Virus record (IMG/VR): IMGVR_UViG_3300008112_000002
Location: 1-36,287 of that record
Direction: 5' to 3' (one strand)
DNA: 36,287 nt
Source of the DNA: a virus
Shown: one piece after another, positions 1 to 7,178 of the stretch
Layout: every line of letters begins with the position of its first letter
How positions within the stretch are numbered: position 1 is the first letter of the stretch
The notes under the pieces: model-generated
Told to the model about the DNA's origin: nothing
What the model saw: the letters and a program-made list of their open reading frames with translations, nothing else
The model's database searches: none
Translations under genes and position numbers: made by a program

Positions 1-114
1 CAATACGCTGTTTGCCGCTACGGGCGCGGTGTTTGTCAAAGCAATAGTGAACTGGTCAGTGTCAAGGTTAGCCACTGTCACCATGTTTTTAGCCCAGGCG
101 TGAAATTTATTCCA
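1..114. repeat. Terminal direct repeat, copy 1 (identical to 36174..36287)
   Basis: The 114 nt caatacgctgtttgcc...gtgaaatttattcca occur at both window ends. The repeat lies inside coding sequence, so it is a circular-closure or terminal-redundancy overlap rather than a physical end. Confidence 0.95.
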
Positions 115-123
115 GGTTGCCAT
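1..123 (-). CDS. 5' part of the wrap-around virion gene (same gene as 35892..36257); possible upstream start at 123
   Basis: Minus-strand ATG at 123..121 directly follows the portal stop (TAAATG). It is in frame over 13 codons (MATWNKFHAWAKN) with the ATG at 84, which is equivalent to 36257. Codons 14-41 duplicate the N-terminus MVTVANLDTDQF...ANSVL. Confidence 0.5.
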   Translation of the reverse strand, partial: MATWNKFHAWAKNMVTVANLDTDQFTIALTNTAPVAANSVL

Positions 124-2523
124 TTATTCATCCGTTTCTATTCTTACAGTTTTTCCATTTGACAAAGTTAATTTTTTGTTTTTTCTGATTGCTGAAATAG
201 CTTTTTCTGTATTTTTGATATTTGTTTCAGCAAAATTATTCATTATTTCACCTATCTTATTAACATTATCGCTTACCAAGATGGAGTTTTGCTCAATTTT
301 TTGAATAGATTCTTGCATATTTTGCGCTAATTGATTTATCTTGTCTGGGGTGTTTATTTCCGATCGCAATTTTTCAATCTCAGCATCCTGATTTATTATT
401 TTTCTAGCTTTCATTTCATTATCTAATTGCATCGACTCTATTTCTAATTGTTCTTTTTGGCTTATTTGTACCGGTTGCGTTTCTATTGGTGGAAGTATTT
501 GTTGTTGAACAGGTTCAATTTTTGGCGCTTCATTGTATTCAAATTGACCTTGTTCAGCATCGCTCAACGTTTTAACCGTTTGGGCACGCTTCAACTCAGC
601 AGATGCAATAGTTTCTACCGTATCAGCCCTAGCTTTAGCAGCTTTAGCCACAGCCTCTTCAGCAGCGGCCTGCAAGAATATCGCGTTCGGGTCTTGGGGT
701 TTGCCCTGTAGCTCAATCATCATAGCTTGGGCTTCTTCTTCGGTCGGTTCAATAGCGCCGATTTTTACCAGACGCTTACGGAAAAAGCCTTGCAGTTCGC
801 CGATTCCTTCGCCTTCCATATTCATCATGGCAGCGCTTTGTAAGACTTGCTGTGTTTCTGGGTCTGATGTAATGGCCAGCATTCCCGTGAGAGCACGTAC
901 AGTGGCGGCCTTTTGGCTTGAGCTCGAAGGTCCGACATCAACAGTCACATCATAGTTAGCCTTTGATATGTCATTTTCATAGACCATTTCGCCTTGCTCG
1001 TTGATGCTCGGCTTTAACATTTCGATAGTAGCCGTTTCTTTTGATGCTGTGACTACTTTCATTTTTTTGCGTTCGGCTGAGTATATGTCTTTTGCCATAG
1101 ACAGCCAGACTTGTCCGCATCGCCTCATTGCCTTGGCAAAGTTGCTCATGTAAATAAATGCTTGCATATCTAGGCGCTGTTGTATCATTTCAACAGCCTT
1201 GCCTGAGATATTCGACACCATCTTGTCGGCCTGTTGTGGCGAACCCAATACGTCCTGCATGTCAGTTTCAGTTACTTGCAACAAAGCCGCCATGGCCGGT
1301 GGTATTTGTGGGCTTCGTGTATATCCAACAGGAGGAGCGGCGGTCTCGTTGCCGTTCATGTCCTTAATTGGATTGATGAGCAGATATGGGTAAGACTTAA
1401 TGTTGTCTTCTTGCCACATCACCGTATGACCAGCCACCTGTTCAGGTGTGAGAATGGGCTTTTCTACTGAGCTTACTGCGCTAATCTCGGCCAGTTTTGA
1501 TAGCTGCATATTCTTGATACGTTGCGCATCCTTGGCTAAACGCACATGACCCATGCAGCGCTCAACGTTATCAATAAACCATCTTTTGCCATAGACCGGA
1601 ATAATTGGGATGTTTTTACCTGCAATATAGCCGAAGTCTTCCAATACTTTACCGCCACTTAGCAGGTACTTTCTTACCTTTTTGGTTTTGAATCGCTTGC
1701 GCCTTACTTCAATTGAGCCAACTGCTTCAAGATTAGACAATAGCTCTTCGTCGGCGTCAAAGTCTGACTGTGTGTAGCGCTCTTCCTCGCCGATTGCATT
1801 TCGATAGAAGATAGCGACTTCCGACTTTTCCTCGACGCGGTAATACTCGGCGACATACACTACGTCCGGGGTTTCCCAGTCAAATTCAAGCTGTGTAATA
1901 TCTTTTGCCCATGTTGCCGGGTCGTCTCCCCACGTGTTTTTATAGGCTTCGCGCTCAATTGCTGTAATAACAAAACAATGCTTTGCGTCGCTCTTGTCTT
2001 GTCTTTTTGCTTCCAAGTCAAAGAATACAGACGAATCTGCATCAAATATCGGTTCTATTCTAATGCGCTGACTGTCATCGTCTGGGTCTTCTTCATTTTC
2101 GTATTCTGTTCGTATCCGCCATGCACCAAAACCACCAGATACAGCCTCTTCGAATGCGTTATCGTAGGCCTCATCAGCTGTACTATCTTGCTCATCAGCG
2201 CGATACAGTCCATCAAGCATATCGGCTGTTTTCTTTTCTGTGTCGCCGTCTTTGCTGATAAAGTCAACCGTTATTCGATTGTTTCGGTATTCATTAATGA
2301 TACGAATTACCGACAAGTGGATTTTATTGACCTCAAATTTTGGTTTGTTAGCGTAAACCTCAGCCAGATTTCCTTCCCATTGCGCACCAGCAATAGAATA
2401 GAATCGACGGTCTTGCAAGCATTGTAAGCGCTCGCTTCTTAATGCTGATTGAATAGTGCTGAATTCAGTAAGCGCCTGAGCGTGTATTTCAGTCAGTCGC
2501 TGTTCGGTGGATTTACGTGCCAT
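124..2523 (-). CDS. Portal protein, P22 gp1 type, with a long C-terminal coiled-coil extension
   Basis: 799-aa ORF. Blocks RFYSIAGAQWEG, GGFGAWRIRTEYENE, RIEPIFDA and DKSDAKHCFVI are colinear with P22 gp1 (GVGAWRLVTDYED, RREPIH, DKSDARHCTVI). It sits directly downstream of terL. Confidence 0.93.
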   Translation of the reverse strand: MARKSTEQRLTEIHAQALTEFSTIQSALRSERLQCLQDRRFYSIAGAQWEGNLAEVYANKPKFEVNKIHLSVIRIINEYRNNRITVDFISKDGDTEKKTADMLDGLYRADEQDSTADEAYDNAFEEAVSGGFGAWRIRTEYENEEDPDDDSQRIRIEPIFDADSSVFFDLEAKRQDKSDAKHCFVITAIEREAYKNTWGDDPATWAKDITQLEFDWETPDVVYVAEYYRVEEKSEVAIFYRNAIGEEERYTQSDFDADEELLSNLEAVGSIEVRRKRFKTKKVRKYLLSGGKVLEDFGYIAGKNIPIIPVYGKRWFIDNVERCMGHVRLAKDAQRIKNMQLSKLAEISAVSSVEKPILTPEQVAGHTVMWQEDNIKSYPYLLINPIKDMNGNETAAPPVGYTRSPQIPPAMAALLQVTETDMQDVLGSPQQADKMVSNISGKAVEMIQQRLDMQAFIYMSNFAKAMRRCGQVWLSMAKDIYSAERKKMKVVTASKETATIEMLKPSINEQGEMVYENDISKANYDVTVDVGPSSSSQKAATVRALTGMLAITSDPETQQVLQSAAMMNMEGEGIGELQGFFRKRLVKIGAIEPTEEEAQAMMIELQGKPQDPNAIFLQAAAEEAVAKAAKARADTVETIASAELKRAQTVKTLSDAEQGQFEYNEAPKIEPVQQQILPPIETQPVQISQKEQLEIESMQLDNEMKARKIINQDAEIEKLRSEINTPDKINQLAQNMQESIQKIEQNSILVSDNVNKIGEIMNNFAETNIKNTEKAISAIRKNKKLTLSNGKTVRIETDE

Positions 2524-2547
2524 GCTTGCCCCTGTTTGCCGGATTTT

Positions 2548-3771
2548 CTACCATTTAGAGATAATTGGCAAGGGAATAACTGTTTGCGGTTTAACCGTTT
2601 GCGCTCGTCTTGCCCCTTCGCAAGCATACCTTAGAGAATCAATGACGTGGTTTTTCTTGTCCTCTAGTATGGGCAAGATTTTACCAGTCATCGGGTCAGT
2701 CTTATATGAGTACATCGTCAGCTCGTCAATAGTATGAGTGCAACGCGGATGCACGACAATATCATAAGACTTGAGCCACTCTATCCCTTCTTCTACTGAC
2801 TTTGACCCTTTGACGGCCGGCATAATCTTAGGAAATCCGTTTTTCCTCATGTGCGCAATTGTTTCAGGGCGTGAAGAATCGGCGGTAATCGGCCATTTTT
2901 CGGATTCTGGCACTGTCATAAATAGGTCAGGCGTATTAACAATCTCACAGCCAACCATATAGGCTTCATAATCAATGTATAGCTTACGCCCAATAATATG
3001 GCAGCGCACCAGTACAGTTGGATCTACAGCATAGCCCCAGTCTGCGCCCAGCCTATGGATTGCATCTGGTGGCGCGTCAAATTCCTCAACCCTCCAATTC
3101 TTAAACACACGAGTAGAGCTATTTTTGACGTACTGACCACGCCAAACGTGCGCGTATTTGTCTGGGTCGCGGTCTCTGTCATACTCCATTTCAGCCCGTA
3201 ATACATCCGGAAACCATGGATTGTCGTCAAAGTTGACCTCAACTATTACCGCTCCTGGCGGCACTTTGTTGCCCCTAAGCAATACGTCCACCGGGTCAGT
3301 GGCTTCGCTAGGGTTCCAAGTAAACCACAGTTCAGAGTCTGGCTTTCTGATTGTCGGTCTTAGTAAATCTAGGCTTCGCTGGCTTAGGCTTTGAGCTTCT
3401 TCCACCCATGCCCTGTCGTATCCTTCCAGAGATTTGATTGAATCAGCCGTGTGATTCTGCATCCCCTGAAAGATTATCAAGCCATCACCTTTTTTAGCTT
3501 TGATGACAGATTCTTGTATTTCAAAATAAGCGCCTGCATTCATCGACTCAATCTTGAGTTCTAATAGGCGTTTGACGGATTGGTTTAATGATTTTTGGAT
3601 TTCACGGACACATACGCTTCTACTGTTTTGGTCTAGGATGTGTTCCTCAATCATCATTTCAGCGAATGCGTGAGACTTTCCCGAACCGCGTCCACCGTGC
3701 GCTCCCTTATATCGAGCAGGCTGTAATAATGGAGCCGCCCATTTGGGAGTTTCAATCTTTAGCGTTGTCAA
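2548..3771 (-). CDS. terL: Terminase large subunit (PBSX / Terminase_3 type)
   Basis: 407 aa. Walker A motif GGRGSGKSHAF near the N-terminus, and size and layout typical of PBSX-family TerL. It lies between the small-terminase candidate and the portal. Confidence 0.92.
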   Translation of the reverse strand: MTTLKIETPKWAAPLLQPARYKGAHGGRGSGKSHAFAEMMIEEHILDQNSRSVCVREIQKSLNQSVKRLLELKIESMNAGAYFEIQESVIKAKKGDGLIIFQGMQNHTADSIKSLEGYDRAWVEEAQSLSQRSLDLLRPTIRKPDSELWFTWNPSEATDPVDVLLRGNKVPPGAVIVEVNFDDNPWFPDVLRAEMEYDRDRDPDKYAHVWRGQYVKNSSTRVFKNWRVEEFDAPPDAIHRLGADWGYAVDPTVLVRCHIIGRKLYIDYEAYMVGCEIVNTPDLFMTVPESEKWPITADSSRPETIAHMRKNGFPKIMPAVKGSKSVEEGIEWLKSYDIVVHPRCTHTIDELTMYSYKTDPMTGKILPILEDKKNHVIDSLRYACEGARRAQTVKPQTVIPLPIISKW

Positions 3772-4099
3772 TGATTACACGCTCGATTTTCATGATCGCC
3801 TGCAATGGGTTGTCTGAATTACCCACATGCTCAGTTCGTGCCAACTTAGGCGCGGCAAACTCAGCCAGCTTTGCGAGTAAATCTAAGGCTTTGCCGGGGT
3901 CAGGCTTTATTTCTCTTTCCAAATCACCCTCTGCCACTATTGTCAGCCACTTGGCAACATTATCAGCATTGCCCTCTAGCAGCTTGTTGATCGTTTCCCT
4001 AAATTCCCTTGTGGCTTTGTTCGGTGTTCCAGCGGATCTTCCTCCGGTCTTTGGTGTTCCTTTTGGCCGACCAAAGCCGGTTTTCGGCTTAGTAGTCAT
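3752..4099 (-). CDS. terS: Putative terminase small subunit / DNA-packaging protein
   Basis: 115 aa with a basic G/P/K-rich N-terminus followed by a helical domain. It overlaps the terL start by 20 nt and has its own promoter upstream. Confidence 0.55.
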   Translation of the reverse strand: MTTKPKTGFGRPKGTPKTGGRSAGTPNKATREFRETINKLLEGNADNVAKWLTIVAEGDLEREIKPDPGKALDLLAKLAEFAAPKLARTEHVGNSDNPLQAIMKIERVIIDNAKD

Positions 4100-4130
4100 T
4101 TTCTATCCATTTTTTACTATAGATAGATTT

Positions 4131-4158
4131 ATTCTACACAATTATGCGGTTTTTGCAA
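4131..4158 (-). promoter_or_regulatory. Sigma70-type promoter upstream of terS (TTGCAA-N16-TAGAAT)
   Basis: Minus strand reads TTGCAAaaaccgcataattgtgTAGAAT. It shares the N16 spacer and the TGTG immediately 5' of the -10 with five other promoters in this genome. Confidence 0.55.
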
Positions 4159-4161
4159 CAC

Positions 4162-4449
4162 TTAACCATTCCACTTTATAGGGTCGCCATCAATATCTAC
4201 TACATAAACAGGCAGTGCCATTGTTTCCGCGTCTGCTTTTATTCGCTCTTTCCATACTCCCGGAACTAGTTTTGGGTATCTTTCTTTTGCAAGCAATCTA
4301 TCCAGTTCTTTAGTCTCACCTTGTTTGAAAAGTTTGTAAACTACTTCCAGCGGCCATTCTGGGTCGTCTGTTTTGTTCCAGCGTATTTGTAAATGCGCCC
4401 CAAACCACTCAACTGGCGCTAATCTTGGCTTGCATTCGGTTAGTGTCAT
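4162..4449 (-). CDS. Hypothetical protein
   Basis: The ORF is open to 4608. The ATG at 4449 forms an ATGA overlap with the stop of 4446..4766. Alternative starts are 4551 (MDKPILYKGHEW..CDECGAIC) or 4608. Confidence 0.5.
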   Translation of the reverse strand: MTLTECKPRLAPVEWFGAHLQIRWNKTDDPEWPLEVVYKLFKQGETKELDRLLAKERYPKLVPGVWKERIKADAETMALPVYVVDIDGDPIKWNG

Positions 4450-4766
4450 TTCATCTGCCTTTGAGCATATAGCTCCGCATTCATCGCAAACGTAGCCCGT
4501 CCCGCTTCTTCCCCGCCATTCATGGCCTTTGTAAAGTATTGGCTTGTCCATGCCAGCATCTCCGCTTGGGAGATGGGGCAGAGTTGCCCGTTGTCTACAA
4601 AGCGCCAAAAACGATCGTATTCGCGCGCAATCTTGCGGCGCTCAACTCGCTTCTTTTTCCACCACAGCACGCCCGTCGTGGTTGTTACGCTTACATCGGC
4701 ATAAAACACCCAATCTATCGGGCTTTGTCCTTTGGTGTGCGTTAAAACAAATTCGCTCAAAATCAT
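4446..4766 (-). CDS. Hypothetical protein, first gene after the early/late junction
   Basis: 106 aa. AGGAG sits 6 nt upstream of the ATG (attAGGAGcgcacaATG). Confidence 0.6.
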   Translation of the reverse strand: MILSEFVLTHTKGQSPIDWVFYADVSVTTTTGVLWWKKKRVERRKIAREYDRFWRFVDNGQLCPISQAEMLAWTSQYFTKAMNGGEEAGRATFAMNAELYAQRQMK

Positions 4767-4791
4767 TGTGCGCTCCTAATTTTTATATATC

Positions 4792-4822
4792 AAAATATAA
4801 GGCTGTATAAGGCTGTATAAGG
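4792..4822. repeat. Tandem 10-mer repeat (minus strand CCTTATACAG x2 plus a partial third copy CCTTATAttt)
   Basis: Plus strand reads aaaatataa ggctgtataa ggctgtataa gg. It lies 25-55 nt upstream of the 4766 start codon. Confidence 0.85.
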
Positions 4823-4823
4823 T

Positions 4824-4915
4824 GGGGCTTATTACCCCGGATGCCCGTAGCCCTATTCGTCAATAGGGTTCACTGGTAAATCCCAGCCATACGCTTTGCA
4901 GGCTACTTTCGTAGC
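4824..4915 (-). promoter_or_regulatory. Cluster of four stem-loops in the intergenic region (possible RNA regulatory element)
   Basis: Minus-strand hairpins are GCTAC-GAAA-GTAGC (4902..4915, GNRA loop), CTGG-GATTTA-CCAG (4873..4886), CCCTATT-GACG-AATAGGG (4851..4868) and GGGG-TAATAAG-CCCC (4824..4838). An alternative pairing GTAGCC/GGCTAC links 4901..4906 with 4847..4852. None is followed by a U-tract. Confidence 0.5.
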
Positions 4916-4949
4916 TCCTGTGCCGGACTGCTCACTAATACGATTATCT

Positions 4950-5135
4950 TTAATCTTTTTCCATGCCCAATAAAGTTTTTATCGCCCACGTCCACTTTCC
5001 TGTTTCCAATTTTGACAAAACAAACATGGTTAAAAGTGCGGCAACAGTTGCGTATAAAATACCAATTGCCATCATTCCGTTAAGAATGAAGAATACCCAT
5101 GTTAGAAAATAAACAATCGGAATTGCTAAAAACAT
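4950..5135 (-). CDS. Small two-TM membrane protein
   Basis: 61 aa with two hydrophobic segments (FLAIPIVYFLTWVFFILNGMMAIGILYATVAALLTMFVL). Strong SD (ctAAGGAGAGaattATG). The start is 38 nt downstream of the tRNA-like element. Confidence 0.7.
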   Translation of the reverse strand: MFLAIPIVYFLTWVFFILNGMMAIGILYATVAALLTMFVLSKLETGKWTWAIKTLLGMEKD

Positions 5136-5173
5136 AATTCTCTCCTTAGTGAGTTGTTAATCCCCGTGCGTGT

Positions 5174-5268
5174 TGGTGGAGGCGGTTGGATTTGCACCAA
5201 CTGACCAAAAGGAAACGGATTTACAGCGCTGTAAGTCCGCCGCGACCCGCTGTCGTCGCCGCGCCTCC
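5174..5268 (-). ncRNA. tRNA-like RNA (acceptor stem + T-arm + encoded CCA; anticodon arm replaced by a palindromic hairpin)
   Basis: Minus strand reads GGAGGCG-CG-GCGAC/GACAGCGG/GTCGC-GG-CGGACTTACA/GCGC/TGTAAATCCG-TTTCCTTTTGGTCA-GTTGG/TGCAAAT/CCAAC-CGCCTCC-A-CCA. It has a perfect 7-bp acceptor stem, a 5-bp T-stem with a 7-nt loop, and GG in the D-like loop. There is no 7-nt anticodon loop. Confidence 0.55.
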
Positions 5269-5535
5269 AAGTCCCCGTCTTTCCGGGGCGTCATCTAGGT
5301 GCTGCATTTCAAACTGCCTAGCCAATTTCTCATAACCGATTAGCAGCGTCCGTTTTGTTAGTGGCGGGCGCTGATCTCCCGCATGTCTGCATTGCAAAGT
5401 CAGGTACGGGTCATCAAACTAGCAGACAGAAGACTCTTTGACACCGTTTTTGCGTATCAGCCTACGCATTCACTAACACGACTAAAACTTGATTAGCTCC
5501 CTTGCGGGCGGTCGTCCTGGCCATGGGACAGTTCA

Positions 5536-5697
5536 TCAAGTCTCATGCGTCTTATTTTCCCTCATTTTCGCTATCTTATCCAACATTTCCCGCTTTTCAA
5601 TTAGCGCTTTTGCTTTCTTTTCTGCCTCCGCTTTACTCAGTCCAGCGTCGTATTGAAGTATTGCGGCTCGTTCTTCAAATGCTTCACGGTCAATCAT
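5536..5697 (-). CDS. Hypothetical protein (53 aa, below ORF-track cut-off)
   Basis: MIDREAFEERAAILQYDAGLSKAEAEKKAKALIEKREML... The FEERAAI..YD.GLS..EAE motif recurs in many phage and plasmid proteins. ATGA overlap with the upstream gene stop at 5694. Confidence 0.65.
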   Translation of the reverse strand: MIDREAFEERAAILQYDAGLSKAEAEKKAKALIEKREMLDKIAKMRENKTHET

Positions 5698-5897
5698 TTC
5701 ATGCACTCCCAATACTTGCCGTTAAAAACTGGCTTACCTTCGTTTTTAATGCACAATGCGCGGTATTCTGATGCAGGGTCTTTATTGATTGCGTGCTTGT
5801 ATAGTGAAAACATACTATACGCGACTACAAAAAATAAAAAAACAGAAAGCACCGCAATTACCACTATATGTACAATTTCAAAAATAGCATCTTTCAT
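5694..5897 (-). CDS. Small membrane protein
   Basis: 67 aa with one clear TM segment (IVHIVVIAVLSVFLFFVVAY). ATGA overlap with the upstream gene. Confidence 0.6.
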   Translation of the reverse strand: MKDAIFEIVHIVVIAVLSVFLFFVVAYSMFSLYKHAINKDPASEYRALCIKNEGKPVFNGKYWECMK

Positions 5898-6181
5898 GTG
5901 TTTTTTTCCTCTAGTTTTTCTGCGACTGCGCGAATCAAGTCAAAAACGCCACTCATCTCATACGATTCAGGTTGATGAACCAAGTGCGTGTCAGCAAGTT
6001 TTTTAACTTCCTTCTCTGTCAGCCCTTGCCATTCGCGCTGCGGCTGGGGTGAAGCCTGTTCCATTGAAAGATAAATTCGCTCCAGCAAGGAAGCAGACAT
6101 AGCGATGTGGCCTGTTTCCAACAACACATTCAGCAACACAGCATGCCCAGCTTCGATCATTTCTTTCGTCACCTGTTTCAT
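5894..6181 (-). CDS. Hypothetical protein, member of the KL(K/E)EKNT-tail paralog set
   Basis: 95 aa. It contains REWQGLTEKEV and ends AEKLEEKNT. ATGA overlaps at both ends. Confidence 0.7.
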   Translation of the reverse strand: MKQVTKEMIEAGHAVLLNVLLETGHIAMSASLLERIYLSMEQASPQPQREWQGLTEKEVKKLADTHLVHQPESYEMSGVFDLIRAVAEKLEEKNT

Positions 6182-6384
6182 GTGTTTTTCTCCTTTAATT
6201 TTGTTTCAACGGCGCGCAAACTTTCGCGAATCATGTCGTCAAGCCAGTCAGTTCCGCTATCGGGCACTTTGAGCTTGATGGCTGCGTATTGGCGCAGGGT
6301 CATGCCAAAGAATGTCTCGATACCTGCCGGGCCATGATCCACTTGACCTGGAAACGCTGGCCCACCATCCTCGATGTTGCTCAT
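6178..6384 (-). CDS. Hypothetical protein, KLKEKNT-tail paralog
   Basis: 68 aa ending VETKLKEKNT, with ATGA overlaps at both ends. Confidence 0.65.
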   Translation of the reverse strand: MSNIEDGGPAFPGQVDHGPAGIETFFGMTLRQYAAIKLKVPDSGTDWLDDMIRESLRAVETKLKEKNT

Positions 6385-7178
6385 GTGTTTTTCTCCTTTA
6401 GTTTGGCTTCTATTGCATCAAACACAGGCTTTCCGACCATAGTTTCACATTCGTTTTCAATAGTTAAGCGTTCTTGCTCCGTCAGCCCTTGCCATTCGCG
6501 TCGCTCCTGCTCTGGCGGGGCGGTGTGGAGTTTCGCTCCAATATATTTGGACATATCGAAAGGATTTCCATCGGGCGTTTGCATAGTAATCTGGCCAGCT
6601 TCATTGCGCTTAATTACAGCCATTGGCTCCTGCTCTGGTGCTGGTAGCTCATGCGCCGGTTGAACTTTGGCAAACATTTCGAGGAAACGAGCAGCGCCTT
6701 GGTTAGCTGTATATCGGTCGCCGCCTGCGTCCACAAAAGCCATTGCAATGTTGCAATGCCAAGCCCAAGCATACCCAGGGTCGTCTTGCATGGCTTGAAT
6801 CACCGTCTGCACAGCTTGGGCAATCTGTTCCTGCTCTGGTGCTAATGCGGCCTCTATCTCTTGCTGCACGTCAGTAAAACGCTGAAGTGGGTCTGGCTGC
6901 GCTAGTCGTTCACGTAGGTCTTTCCTTAATTTTCCGTAATTAGCGTACCCACTAATCCTATCTTCTTTATATAGCGCATCATGCGCTTGTTCTAAAAGTT
7001 TTCGGTCAGTCATACCCACCCCGCGCTGATTACGCGGGTCTGGCTTGGCTAGTCGTTCACGTAGGTCATTAAAAGCGTGGTACTGAAGATAGCGCCACTC
7101 AGCTTTTGTCATGTCGTTTTTGCTATCCAACGCCACCATCGCTTGATACATTATTTCTCGGTCAGTTTTGTCAGTCAT
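6381..7178 (-). CDS. Hypothetical protein with internally duplicated N-terminal module and KLKEKNT tail
   Basis: 265 aa. The module MTD..DR....QA..AL...LRERLA.PDP occurs twice. The DNA repeats are 6889..6920 and 7036..7067. The C-terminus reads RREWQGLTEQE...IEAKLKEKNT. Confidence 0.75.
   Translation of the reverse strand: MTDKTDREIMYQAMVALDSKNDMTKAEWRYLQYHAFNDLRERLAKPDPRNQRGVGMTDRKLLEQAHDALYKEDRISGYANYGKLRKDLRERLAQPDPLQRFTDVQQEIEAALAPEQEQIAQAVQTVIQAMQDDPGYAWAWHCNIAMAFVDAGGDRYTANQGAARFLEMFAKVQPAHELPAPEQEPMAVIKRNEAGQITMQTPDGNPFDMSKYIGAKLHTAPPEQERREWQGLTEQERLTIENECETMVGKPVFDAIEAKLKEKNT

Noticed and set aside
4162-4608. Full-length 148-aa version of the ORF upstream of terS
   Set aside because: It would overlap 4446..4766 by 163 nt on the same strand. 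The ATGA-coupled start at 4449 is more consistent with the rest of the genome. The start at 4551, which would add a CDEC..C motif, remains possible.
4767-4830. dif-like XerCD site or cos/pac site in the AT-rich repeat region
   Set aside because: There is no resemblance to the 11-6-11 dif architecture, and pac sites of PBSX-type terminases are usually inside or near terS. Nothing in the sequence supports either reading.
5174-5215. attP core derived from the 3' end of a host tRNA or tmRNA gene
   Set aside because: No integrase, recombinase or excisionase candidate exists anywhere in the genome, and a matching 5' acceptor strand is also present. It cannot be fully excluded without database searches.
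5174-5268. Canonical tRNA or selenocysteine-type tRNA gene
   Set aside because: The acceptor, T-arm and CCA fit, and the length (95 nt) equals bacterial tRNA-Sec. However, no 5-bp stem with a 7-nt loop can be drawn at the anticodon position because the palindrome only allows 4-, 6- or 8-nt loops. The acceptor cannot be extended to 8 bp, and the variable region does not form a class II arm.
5157-5294. 45-aa minus-strand ORF (MTPRKDGDLEARRRQRV...) spanning the tRNA-like element
   Set aside because: It has no SD, an Arg/Pro/Gly-rich composition typical of a GC-rich non-coding frame, and it coincides with extensive base-pairing. It is kept as the alternative hypothesis to test.
5136-5535. tmRNA (standard or permuted) occupying the 400-nt gap
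   Set aside because: The complementary acceptor strand GGAGGCG lies only 95 nt upstream of the CCA, not about 350 nt. There is no second copy further upstream, no convincing resume codon or ...ALAA-type tag frame, and the order of the halves is not permuted.
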